A stretch of 64,000 nucleotides of DNA, taken from an uncultured delta proteobacterium. GTDB taxonomy: Bacteria > Myxococcota_A > Polyangia > Polyangiales > B10-G4. Both the position numbers and the translations under genes were made by a program. The stretch covers positions 160,001 through 224,000 of the forward strand of contig CAVSGI010000004.1 in NCBI GenBank assembly GCA_963727445.1, written 5' to 3'. The notes beneath the pieces were generated by a model, which did not search any database, was not told the DNA's origin, and saw only the letters and a program-made list of their open reading frames with translations. Below are positions 51,498-60,313 of this stretch, piece by piece; within the stretch, counting starts at the first letter, position 1, and each line of letters begins with the position of its first letter.

Positions 51498-51926
51498 ATG
51501 TCGAAGTCCAAAGCGGCCGCTGAGTGGCCCCACTCGAGACGGCGGATTCTTCTAGCCGAAGACGACGACGACTTTCGCGAGGCCTTGGCGCTCGCGCTGC
51601 GAAACTACGGCTATGAGGTGATCGAGGTGACGAGCGGACAAGACGTGGTGAAGTACCTGCAATCGATCACGCTTCAGGATGCGATGAAGCCCCGGATCCA
51701 CGCCCTCGTCACGGATCTCCGGATGCCTGACGTGAACGGCATGATGCTTTTGCAGCACCTGGTGAGCCTGGGTTACGAGCTCCCCACGGTCATGATGACG
51801 GCTTTTGGAGACGCCGAGACGCGGCGGGAGGCGGACGAGCTCGGGGCGGTGGCTTTTCTTCCCAAGCCCTTCGCCGTCGAAGACCTCGAGACCTTGCTTG
51901 ACCGTATCACGGGCGCTCCTACGTGA
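51498..51926 (+). CDS. Single-domain response regulator
   Basis: ILLAEDD, VTDLRMP, MTAF, LPKPF. Confidence 0.9.
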   Translation: MSKSKAAAEWPHSRRRILLAEDDDDFREALALALRNYGYEVIEVTSGQDVVKYLQSITLQDAMKPRIHALVTDLRMPDVNGMMLLQHLVSLGYELPTVMMTAFGDAETRREADELGAVAFLPKPFAVEDLETLLDRITGAPT

Positions 51927-53170
51927 CGTCGGTGGATCGCGAAGGGCGCGCCCTGGTACTCATCGTCGAGGACAGCCAGGCGATACAACGGTTGCTCATC
52001 GACAGCCTGACGCCGGAATACGCGACGGTGACGGCCTGCGATGGTGAAGATGCCCTGCGCATCGCGGTCCGGGAGCGGCCCGACCTGGTGATCCTGGACC
52101 TCCTCTTGCCGGTCATGGATGGGGAGTCGTTGGTGGAGGAGCTGCGGGCGGTCGACGCGCTCGAAGACATGCCCATCCTCATGCTCACCGCGAGCGCCGA
52201 CTCCGCGCGCCTCACGCGCCTCCTCGAGGGGCCGGTGCAGGACGTGGTGCGCAAGCCCTTCGACAACGCCGAGGTACGCGCGCGGGTCGGCAACCTGCTG
52301 GCGGAGAAACGCACCCGCGACCTCTTGAACGAGACTATCGGTAAGCACGAGACCAACCTGGTTCGATTGGCCGAGCAGGTCGCGGCTCAACAAACGGCCC
52401 TCCGCAACGCACGCCAGGCCGCCGAGCAGGCCAACCGGGTCAAGACCAGCTTCCTCCGGACGATGTCCCACGAGCTCCGAACGCCCATCACCGCGATGGA
52501 GATCCAGATGAACATCTTCGAGCGCGATCCGGAGAGCGCGCTCTCGGACAAGGCGCGGCTCGGGATGGCGCGCCTCGCACGCTCCACCAAGCGGCTGAGA
52601 TGGATCATCGATACGGTCATGGCCTGGGCGCAGATCGAAGGCGGTCGCTATGAGCTGGACATCTCGCGCATCGACATGGCGAGGCTCGTCGCGGAGGTGA
52701 AGAGCGAGCTCGACGAGTTCGCGCACTTGCGACGCGTGAGCATCGAGTGCGAGGTGGAGGACGACGCGATCGTCTGGTCGGACCGGAGCCTGAGCCGGCT
52801 GATCATCCTGAATCTCCTGAGCCGTGCCGTACAGGACACCGCGAGGGGACGGGTCGTCGTCACCGCGGGGCCCTCGCGGGACGGCGGTGTCTGGGTCGGC
52901 GTACGCGACGGAGCGTCGCGGCTCTCCGAGGCGGAGGAGCGGCAGCTCTTCCGCCCCCATCACGAGTGCGAGCCGCTTCATAAGCGCTCGGGGAGCGGCT
53001 CGGGGCTCGAGCTCCACATCGTTTGGGACATCGCCAGAGCCGTCGATGGCACCGTCGACCTCGAGCGAGACTCCTCTCCGGGCAACCTCCTGATGCTCTC
53101 CCTGCCGAAGCTCTCACGGGGCCGCACCACCGCGACCTACGCGCGGCCGGTTCATCCCGAGGAGCACTGA
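51923..53170 (+). CDS. Hybrid response regulator/histidine kinase (degenerate ATP-binding boxes)
   Basis: REC (VEDS, ILDLLLP, RKPF), H-box MSHELRTP, atypical N-box NLLSRA and G2 GSGLEL. Confidence 0.88.
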   Translation: MTSVDREGRALVLIVEDSQAIQRLLIDSLTPEYATVTACDGEDALRIAVRERPDLVILDLLLPVMDGESLVEELRAVDALEDMPILMLTASADSARLTRLLEGPVQDVVRKPFDNAEVRARVGNLLAEKRTRDLLNETIGKHETNLVRLAEQVAAQQTALRNARQAAEQANRVKTSFLRTMSHELRTPITAMEIQMNIFERDPESALSDKARLGMARLARSTKRLRWIIDTVMAWAQIEGGRYELDISRIDMARLVAEVKSELDEFAHLRRVSIECEVEDDAIVWSDRSLSRLIILNLLSRAVQDTARGRVVVTAGPSRDGGVWVGVRDGASRLSEAEERQLFRPHHECEPLHKRSGSGSGLELHIVWDIARAVDGTVDLERDSSPGNLLMLSLPKLSRGRTTATYARPVHPEEH

Positions 53171-55491
53171 GCCCGCGACCTAGACGCGAGCGTCTTCAAG
53201 AGAGCTTCCAGGGCGTCCAGGTCGACGGGCTTCGTCAACCATCGCTCGAACGCCGAACCCTCGACGCTTTCGGCCGTCGCGCCGCTCAGCGCCACCATCG
53301 CGGGCGGGTTCGGTTCCGCGGCGAGGGCGGCTGCCACGTCGTGGCCGTTCATCTCTCCTCGCAGCCCGATATCACAGAGGAGGACATCGGGCCGCATGCG
53401 TCGCGCCGACTCCACCGCCCCCCTCCCATCGTGCGCGATCACCACCTCGTAGTGGGCCGCAGAGAGGACCTCGGCGAGGAGCGTGGACAGGTCGTGGTCG
53501 TCCTCCACGATCAAGACACGACATCGCTCGCCGGGAGCCTCGCCCCGCTCTTCCTCTCCGCGGCGATCAGCGGTCGACGGCGGATGCGACGACAGCGGCA
53601 ACCACGATCGAAACGCGGCGCCTCGTCCCCTGCCGGCGCTTTCGGCGGTTACCCGGCCGCCGTGGCGAACCACGATGCTCTCGACCAGGGCGAGGCCGAT
53701 GCCCAAGCCGCCGCTCTCCGGGGCGTCGGGGTGCGGACCCTGCTGGAAGGCCTCGAAGATGTGGGGGAGGATCTTCGGATCGATCCCGGCTCCGGTGTCT
53801 CGGACGACGATCTCCGCTTCATTGCCGGCGGTTCGCAGCTCCACCGAGATCGTGCCACCCGCTTCGGTGTGTCGAACGGCGTTCGAGAGCAGGTTGTCGA
53901 CGACTTGCGTGATGCGCATCGGATCGGCGTCGACCCATACGGGAGATTCGCCGAGCGCGGTGATGACGGCGATCCCTTTGTCGGTGATCCGCGATCGATG
54001 TTCGCTGACCGCGTCGGCGAAGAGCCGCCTCAGGTCGACGGTCTCCATTCGCAGCTCGATCTTGCCCCGCTTCATCCGGGAGACGTCGAGTAGACCCTCG
54101 ACCAAGCGCGTCATCTGCTTCGTGCGCCGCTCCAGGATGCTCGTCACGTCGTCGAACCGATGCTCGCCCGCGCTGCGCTGCCGAAGGACCGCTGCGGCGG
54201 TGCGGATGGCAGCGATCGGGTTGCGCAGCTCGTGGCTCAACATCGCGAGGAAGTCGTCCTTGGCGCGGCTCTCCTGCTCGAGGCGTTCTGCCTGGCGCTC
54301 CAGACGATCGCGGAGCAGCAGCCGCTCGACGGTGAGCCCGACTTGGCGTGCGATGTCGCTGATCAAGGCCCGGGAGGCGACCCCGAACGTTCGGGGGCGC
54401 GGGAAGGCGAAGACCACGGCGCCCTGTCGCGACCCGATGTGGAAGGGGAGCGCCGCGACGGCCTGCGCCTCGGGGCGTTCCGTGGCAAGCGTCGCGACCT
54501 CCTCCGGATCGTGAAGCCAGATCGGCTGACGCAGATGCATCACCTCTTGGACCTGGCCGGGATCGCCGAAGAACGGCTCTCCGTCGCCGCTGGGGGCTCC
54601 ACAGACGACCCGGGTCGAGCCGTCCTGGAGGTCGACCCCCGCCGCGAAGGCGGCCGTTGCTTCGATATCGGGACAGACGACGCCGTGCATCACCTCGCTC
54701 AGCTCGTCCACCGTGTGCACGGCGGAGAGCGCGGCTGTCGCACGCTGCAGGCGCGCCAGGCGATCGTGTATGTCGACGGCTGTCGACCTTCGCTTCCGCA
54801 CCGGACGGGTACCGCTCGGCTGCTTCGATGGTCCAACCGGCGACCCACTCGACGTGGCGCTTCGTACGCGACACGCACCCACGAGCGCGGTCGCGCTCTC
54901 GAGCGCCATCCAGCGGTCCTCCTCCTTCAGCAGCGCGCAATGGTGACAGAGCGCCCCCTCGATGGCGGTCCCGGACGTGCACAGGTCCAGGGGATAGCTA
55001 CAGAGCGCCACGATGTTCTGACTCTGCACGGAGCGGTGCAGCGCGAGCTCGTAGGCCGCCCGCGCGGGTTCGCTCATCACCTCGAAAGCCGTCGACGCCT
55101 GCGCGATGCGGAGTCCCGCGAACCCGTCTCGCCGCGCTCGGTCCGCGCGAGCGCGCCAGGCGCCCGCGAGCTCCTCCGGATCGACCGCCGCGCGAGACGA
55201 GAAGACCTCCCACGGCCACAGCACCTGGATTTGCAAGCGCGCTTCGTGGCGCGGAAGGGAGGGCAGCGACTCCTCCATCGCCGTGCGCGCTTTGAGGGCA
55301 TCGAGTGGGCGCGCGACGACCCACACGCAACGCTCGCCACCCTCGAGTCCCGCTCGGAGGAATCGGAGCACCGTGTCGAGCAGGTCGTTCGCCGAGGAGT
55401 ACACGTGACAGAGGTGCGTTCCCCAATCGAGGGGGCCGATGCCGTCGAGGCCGCTCTCCACCGCGCCGGTTCTGGGGGCAGGGGCTTGCAT
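53152..55491 (-). CDS. Hybrid sensor histidine kinase: MEDS - GAF-like - HisKA - HATPase - REC
   Basis: WGTHLCHVY...FLRAGLEGGERC (MEDS), LSHELRNP, NLLSNA, DTGAGI, GLGIGL, C-terminal VEDD/CDIGL/TKP. Confidence 0.9.
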   Translation of the reverse strand: MQAPAPRTGAVESGLDGIGPLDWGTHLCHVYSSANDLLDTVLRFLRAGLEGGERCVWVVARPLDALKARTAMEESLPSLPRHEARLQIQVLWPWEVFSSRAAVDPEELAGAWRARADRARRDGFAGLRIAQASTAFEVMSEPARAAYELALHRSVQSQNIVALCSYPLDLCTSGTAIEGALCHHCALLKEEDRWMALESATALVGACRVRSATSSGSPVGPSKQPSGTRPVRKRRSTAVDIHDRLARLQRATAALSAVHTVDELSEVMHGVVCPDIEATAAFAAGVDLQDGSTRVVCGAPSGDGEPFFGDPGQVQEVMHLRQPIWLHDPEEVATLATERPEAQAVAALPFHIGSRQGAVVFAFPRPRTFGVASRALISDIARQVGLTVERLLLRDRLERQAERLEQESRAKDDFLAMLSHELRNPIAAIRTAAAVLRQRSAGEHRFDDVTSILERRTKQMTRLVEGLLDVSRMKRGKIELRMETVDLRRLFADAVSEHRSRITDKGIAVITALGESPVWVDADPMRITQVVDNLLSNAVRHTEAGGTISVELRTAGNEAEIVVRDTGAGIDPKILPHIFEAFQQGPHPDAPESGGLGIGLALVESIVVRHGGRVTAESAGRGRGAAFRSWLPLSSHPPSTADRRGEEERGEAPGERCRVLIVEDDHDLSTLLAEVLSAAHYEVVIAHDGRGAVESARRMRPDVLLCDIGLRGEMNGHDVAAALAAEPNPPAMVALSGATAESVEGSAFERWLTKPVDLDALEALLKTLASRSRAQCSSG

Positions 55492-55536
55492 CGCGTCAGC
55501 CCCGCGGCCCCCGCGCGCTCGGCGAAAGAGGTCTGA

Positions 55537-56082
55537 TCAATTGCCCCTCCCGAGGTCGAGCATCGCGTCGTCGGGATCGGATGTGTCGGCGATCCGACGA
55601 CAGCTCTGACAGAAGAGCGCGGCCCCTCGCGCGCGCAGACCGGTGCGTTCTCGGCATGCGCTGCAATGGCGCGGCGCCTCGCGGGAATCTTCGATGGTTC
55701 TCTTCACCACATCCAAGAGGTGGTCCACGGAAAACGGTTTCTGGACCAACACGATCCCGAGCTCCTCGACCCGCTCGACGACGCGCGCGTCCGCAAACGC
55801 GGTGACCAACACGGTGGGTGGTGTCGGCATGCGCTCGTCGATGGCCTCGATGGCGTCGAGTCCACTCATCTCGGGCAGACAGTGATCGGAAACCAGAAGG
55901 GTGGGCGGTGTTCCCCGGCGCTCCATGTTCATCGTCACGTCGAGGAGCTCGCGGCCCGAAGTGAGCGCTTTGACCTCGTACCCGTCGAGCTCCAGCAGGA
56001 GTGAGAGCGACTCGCGAACGTCCTGGTCGTCTTCGGCGAGAATCACCAACGGAACCTCGTTCCGGGGAGTAGGGGACTTCAT
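55537..56082 (-). CDS. Response regulator with C-terminal CxxC...CxxC motif
   Basis: ILAEDD, VSDHCLP, VTAF, QKPF, followed by CSAC...CQSC. Confidence 0.85.
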   Translation of the reverse strand: MKSPTPRNEVPLVILAEDDQDVRESLSLLLELDGYEVKALTSGRELLDVTMNMERRGTPPTLLVSDHCLPEMSGLDAIEAIDERMPTPPTVLVTAFADARVVERVEELGIVLVQKPFSVDHLLDVVKRTIEDSREAPRHCSACRERTGLRARGAALFCQSCRRIADTSDPDDAMLDLGRGN

Positions 56083-56095
56083 GAGGAAGGGGAGT

Positions 56096-56111
56096 CGCAA
56101 GGCACGTGCCG
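56096..56111 (-). promoter_or_regulatory. Sigma-54 promoter candidate
   Basis: Minus strand CGGCACG-TGCC-TTGCG just upstream of ATG 56082. Confidence 0.65.
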
Positions 56112-56205
56112 ACGGCGAATTGCTTGCGCTTGCGTTGCCCCAATCGACGGTCGAGGCTCCTGACCTCTCACATCACTGCAGAACTTGCAGCTCGTGGTGG
56201 CAGGC

Positions 56206-57975
56206 TCACTGAGCGATCTCGACGAGACTGCGGAGCGTGTTCTGAAACGTGTCCACGTCGACGGGCTTGGAGAGGAATGCATCGGCGCCGAGGGCCAGCG
56301 CTCGCTTGCGCAGGCGTTCGTCCGCAAACGCGGTCATCAGCACGACGGGCATGCTCCATCCCCGCGCCCGGACGCTTTCGAGGATCTGCATTCCATCCAA
56401 ACCGGGCATCCGAAGGTCCGTCACGATGATGTCCGCGGGTGTATTCCGCCGCTCGAGCAGGACGGCTGCCCCGAGTCTCTCGAGCACCGCCCGACCATCC
56501 GGCACCGCCACCACTTCGAAGCCCTCTTCCCGCAGGAAGTCGGTCAGCGCCCAGCGTAAGTCGTCGTCATCCTCGGCCAAGAGGACCCGGATCGACGAAG
56601 GGGTGCCCCCTGCGGTCTCCGACTCGAACGTGTCGATGGGGTGATCGTGGCGGTACTCCTTGAGTCGGTAGTGGATCTTGCGCTCGGAGATGCAGAGCGC
56701 GTTGGCCGCCGCCTTCACCGTCCCCAGCGCTTCGTAGGTTTGCAGGATCGCGGCCCGCTCCACCTCTTGTAGCGTGAGCCCCGTGAGACGACCGATGGCT
56801 TCGAGTGGCTGCGATTCGTAGATGGGGGAAGGGAGGTCGGCGGGCATGATGCGGTCGCCCGTCGACATGGTCAGGGCGTGTTGCGCCGCGTTGTGGATCT
56901 CGCGCACGTTCCCGGGCCAATCGTGGCGCAGAAGGAGCCGCTCGGCAGCGGTCGAGGTCGCGGGGACGGCGCGCCCCGCCTCGCTCGCCCCTGACTTCAG
57001 GAAGTGGACCCACAAAGCGATCACGTCCGCGAAACGCTCACGGAGCGGCGGAACCCGGAGCGAGAGCACGTTCAGGCGATAGTAGAGATCCGCCCTGAAA
57101 CGCCCTCTTCGCACCTCCTCTTCGAGATCGCGATGCGTCGCGGCGACCACGCGAACGTCGACTTTCACCGCTTCCGTTCCACCGACGCGCTCGAACTCCT
57201 TCTCCTGCAACACCCGCAGCAGCGACACCTGGACGCTCGCGGGGAGGTCGCCCACCTCGTCGAGGAAGAGCGTGCCCCCGTCGGCGAGCTCGAAACGGCC
57301 GCGGTGTCGAGCCGCGGCGCCGGTGAAGGAACCCTTTTCGTGACCGAAGAGCTCCGAGTGAAGCAGTGTTTCGGAGAGCGCGGCGCAGTTGACCGCCACG
57401 AACGGGGCGCCCCGGCGTGGGGAGAATCGGTGCAGCGTGCGTGCGACGACCTCTTTGCCCACGCCGGTCTCGCCCTGGATCACCACCGAGGACTCGGTAG
57501 GGGCGGCGAGCAGAGCGAGACGCAGGACCTCGACCATGGCGGGGCTGTCGGAGACCACCGTCGGCGGAAGACGGCTGACCCCGCCGCCCTTCGTCTGCTC
57601 GGGGCGAGCGGAGAAGCTCGCCGCGATCCGTGCAACGGAGACGGGATCGGGCCGGCCACAGACGACTGCATCGACGCCGGACCGGTCCGCCAGGCTGAGC
57701 GTCTCGCCGGTCGGTTCACCGATCGCCAGCACCGTCACCAGAGGCAGCGCCGAAGCAGCCTGCAGCATGGCGTTCAGAGCATCCTCGTCGCTCTGGCCGA
57801 TGAGCACCAGGCGTGCCGCCGTTCGCTGGACTGCACCCTCGAGCTCCGCGATCGTCACTCGATCGATCGACGCCCCTGCACTGGTCAGCAGCCCCACGTC
57901 GAGGTCGCCCACTACGATGAGTTGATCTCGCACTTCCAACCCGCTCTCAGAATGAGCGAAGGTGGTTTGCAGCAC
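56206..57975 (-). CDS. Sigma-54 enhancer-binding protein with C-terminal receiver domain
   Basis: GETGVGKE, ELFGHEKGSFTGA, LFLDEV, FRADLYYRLN, WPGNVRE, Fis-type HTH, then REC (LLAEDD, VTDLRMP, SKP). Confidence 0.92.
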   Translation of the reverse strand: MLQTTFAHSESGLEVRDQLIVVGDLDVGLLTSAGASIDRVTIAELEGAVQRTAARLVLIGQSDEDALNAMLQAASALPLVTVLAIGEPTGETLSLADRSGVDAVVCGRPDPVSVARIAASFSARPEQTKGGGVSRLPPTVVSDSPAMVEVLRLALLAAPTESSVVIQGETGVGKEVVARTLHRFSPRRGAPFVAVNCAALSETLLHSELFGHEKGSFTGAAARHRGRFELADGGTLFLDEVGDLPASVQVSLLRVLQEKEFERVGGTEAVKVDVRVVAATHRDLEEEVRRGRFRADLYYRLNVLSLRVPPLRERFADVIALWVHFLKSGASEAGRAVPATSTAAERLLLRHDWPGNVREIHNAAQHALTMSTGDRIMPADLPSPIYESQPLEAIGRLTGLTLQEVERAAILQTYEALGTVKAAANALCISERKIHYRLKEYRHDHPIDTFESETAGGTPSSIRVLLAEDDDDLRWALTDFLREEGFEVVAVPDGRAVLERLGAAVLLERRNTPADIIVTDLRMPGLDGMQILESVRARGWSMPVVLMTAFADERLRKRALALGADAFLSKPVDVDTFQNTLRSLVEIAQ

Positions 57976-58080
57976 CAGTGTCTCGTGGCGTCTGCAGACA
58001 CTCCTCCGGGCAAAGTCCGCTAACTGCAGAATCTGCAGCCGTATCTTTCAGGCGGTAGCGGAAAACTGCGTGCTCCAGGT

Positions 58081-58096
58081 TGGCGTCAGTCGTGCA
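58081..58096 (+). promoter_or_regulatory. Sigma-54 promoter candidate (weaker)
   Basis: TGGCGTC-AGTC-GTGCA (GG-N10-GC) just upstream of ATG 58112. Confidence 0.45.
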
Positions 58097-58111
58097 GGGC
58101 GCGAGGGGCCC

Positions 58112-59353
58112 ATGTCGCTGTCTTCGAGCGAGCGCGTCTCCGAACCCGGGGATTGCGGTGAGGATCCGACGCAGCGCAGAGCGTCACGGCGCTCCCGTCC
58201 ATTGGTGCTGATCGTGGAGGAGAACGAGGCGGTCCGACAGCTCCTGATGCAAAGCCTCCAGCCCGAGTACGCCACGCTCTGTGCAGAGGATGGCCCGGAG
58301 GCATTGAACCTGGCGATTCGGCACGTGCCCGACCTGGTCATCTCGGCTCTCCTGTTGCCGGGGATGGGTGGAGAGGCGTTCGTGCAAGAGCTCCGTGCCG
58401 CAAGCGCGCTCGTCGACGTACCCGTCCTCGTCGTCACCGCCGTCACGGATGCAGCGCGACTCACGCGGTTGCTCGAGGGTCCCGTCCAGGACGTGGTGCG
58501 AAAGCCCTTCGACGACGGCGAAGTACGTGCCCGCGTCGGCAACCTCCTCGCCGAGAAGCGCGCGCGCGATCTGCTGAACGATGCGATCGGAAAGCACGAG
58601 AGTGACCTGGTGCGCTTGGCGGAGAGAGTCGCCGCGCAAGAGGCGGCGCTCAGGAAGAGTCACCAGGTCGCCGAGCTGGCCAACCGCACCAAGGCGAGCT
58701 TCCTCCAAACCATGTCCCACGAGCTCCGTACGCCGATCACGGCGATGGAGATTCAGATGAAGATCCTCCAGCGCAATCCATCGAGCGTGTCTTCCACGAA
58801 GGCGCAAGTCGGACTCGCGCGCCTCGGCCGCTCCACCAAACGCCTGCGCTGGCTCGTGGACACGGTCGTCGGCTGGGCGGACATACAGGGGGGCCGATGC
58901 GAATTGGACGTTTCGAGCATCGACGTTCGCGACTTGCTTTCGGGTGTGATGGAAGAGCTCGAGGACTTCTCCGCGCTGCGACGGGTGCAACTCGTCTGTG
59001 AAGCCGGGAAAGGAGTGCAGCTCTCCTCGGACCAGCGGCTCGTTCGGCTCGTCGTTCTCAATCTGATGAGTCGTGCGATTCAGGATGCGTCGGGCGATCG
59101 GGTGGTGGTCACCGCCGAGCAGACCGCAGACGAGGTGCGCATCGGGGTTCGGGACGGCGGCGGCCGGCCGTTCGATGCAGGCGCGGGCTCCGGGCTCGAT
59201 CTACACATCGTCCTGGACATCGCGCGGGCGGTCCACGGTGACATCCGACCCGAGCGAGGCGGCCAGGCCGGCGACCAGTACGTCGTGACACTGCCGCAGC
59301 TGCTTCGGGGGCGAACGACAGCGACCTATTCACGAGATAGTGAAGAGCCCTGA
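58112..59353 (+). CDS. Degenerate hybrid response regulator/histidine kinase, paralogue of 51923-53170
   Basis: Shares ARLTRLLEGPVQDVVRKPFD, MSHELRTPITAMEIQM and RGRTTATY with the paralogue. Receiver Asp is replaced (VISALLLP). Confidence 0.85.
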   Translation: MSLSSSERVSEPGDCGEDPTQRRASRRSRPLVLIVEENEAVRQLLMQSLQPEYATLCAEDGPEALNLAIRHVPDLVISALLLPGMGGEAFVQELRAASALVDVPVLVVTAVTDAARLTRLLEGPVQDVVRKPFDDGEVRARVGNLLAEKRARDLLNDAIGKHESDLVRLAERVAAQEAALRKSHQVAELANRTKASFLQTMSHELRTPITAMEIQMKILQRNPSSVSSTKAQVGLARLGRSTKRLRWLVDTVVGWADIQGGRCELDVSSIDVRDLLSGVMEELEDFSALRRVQLVCEAGKGVQLSSDQRLVRLVVLNLMSRAIQDASGDRVVVTAEQTADEVRIGVRDGGGRPFDAGAGSGLDLHIVLDIARAVHGDIRPERGGQAGDQYVVTLPQLLRGRTTATYSRDSEEP

Positions 59354-59440
59354 GCGCAGTGAGGTCCCCGCGGGCCTCGCGGATCATGGCTCGGTGGCCG
59401 CTTACTCGGCGTCCGGGTGCACTGCTGCCATAATGAGCGC

Positions 59441-60313
59441 GTGGCGGAGTCCGTCGAAACCACCCCGGCAGGCGGGGACTCGAAGGGGCAGCCCGAGCCT
59501 CAGAGCGAGGACGGTGGCCCCGGTCCCCTGGTGCGCGCCGCCGATGCGCTGATCGCCATCCCCATCAAGTTCTTCGCCGAGATCGGGACCACCGCCCAGC
59601 TCGTCGGGCAGTCGATCTTCTGGGGGATCCGCCGGCCGTACCGCGTGCGGCTCTGGATAGAGGCGATGGACTTCATCGGCGTCGGCTCCATCTTCATCGT
59701 CGGCCTCACGGCGTTCTTCGTCGGGATGGTCTTCGGGATCCAGCTGGTCTACGGCGTGCGCCAGTTCGGAGCGGAGAACCAGGTCGGCGCCGTGGTGGGC
59801 CTGGCGCTCACCCGCGAGCTGGCCCCGGTCTTCTCTGCCTTGATGGTGTCGAGCCGTGCTGGAAGCGCGATGACCACCGAGCTCGGATCCATGCGCGTGA
59901 CCAATCAGATCGACGCGCTCACCACCATGGCGGTCAACCCGGTGCAGTACCTGGTCGTGCCGCGGCTGATCGCCGGGACGTTGATGGTTCCGCTGCTCAC
60001 CATGCTTTTCAACCTCGTGGGCATCTTCGGCGCGTGGTTCATCTGCGTGAAGGTTCTCGGCCTCGACAGCGGCATCTTCATCGACAAGGTGCGCTGGTAC
60101 GTCGACGCGCGAGACCTGAGTCAGGGTTTGGTCAAGGCGGCGGTCTTCGGGTTCACCGTGGCGCTGATCGCATGCCGGCAGGGCTTCTTCGCGAGCGGGG
60201 GCGCGGCAGGCGTCGGTCAGGCGACGAATCGCTCCGTCGTTCACAGCGCGGTCGCGATCCTGGTCCTCGACTACGTGGTCACCAGCATGATCACCGGCGA
60301 AGGCGGGCTGTGA
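59441..60313 (+). CDS. mlaE: MlaE-family ABC transporter permease
   Basis: RELAPV, RAGSAMTTELGSMRVTNQIDAL, YLVVPR, GVGQATNRSVV. Confidence 0.92.
   Translation: MAESVETTPAGGDSKGQPEPQSEDGGPGPLVRAADALIAIPIKFFAEIGTTAQLVGQSIFWGIRRPYRVRLWIEAMDFIGVGSIFIVGLTAFFVGMVFGIQLVYGVRQFGAENQVGAVVGLALTRELAPVFSALMVSSRAGSAMTTELGSMRVTNQIDALTTMAVNPVQYLVVPRLIAGTLMVPLLTMLFNLVGIFGAWFICVKVLGLDSGIFIDKVRWYVDARDLSQGLVKAAVFGFTVALIACRQGFFASGGAAGVGQATNRSVVHSAVAILVLDYVVTSMITGEGGL

Noticed and set aside
51350..59440. Signalling cluster as a transposon or integrative element
   Set aside because: No transposase, integrase, tRNA target or terminal repeats seen. Kept only as a possible insertion.
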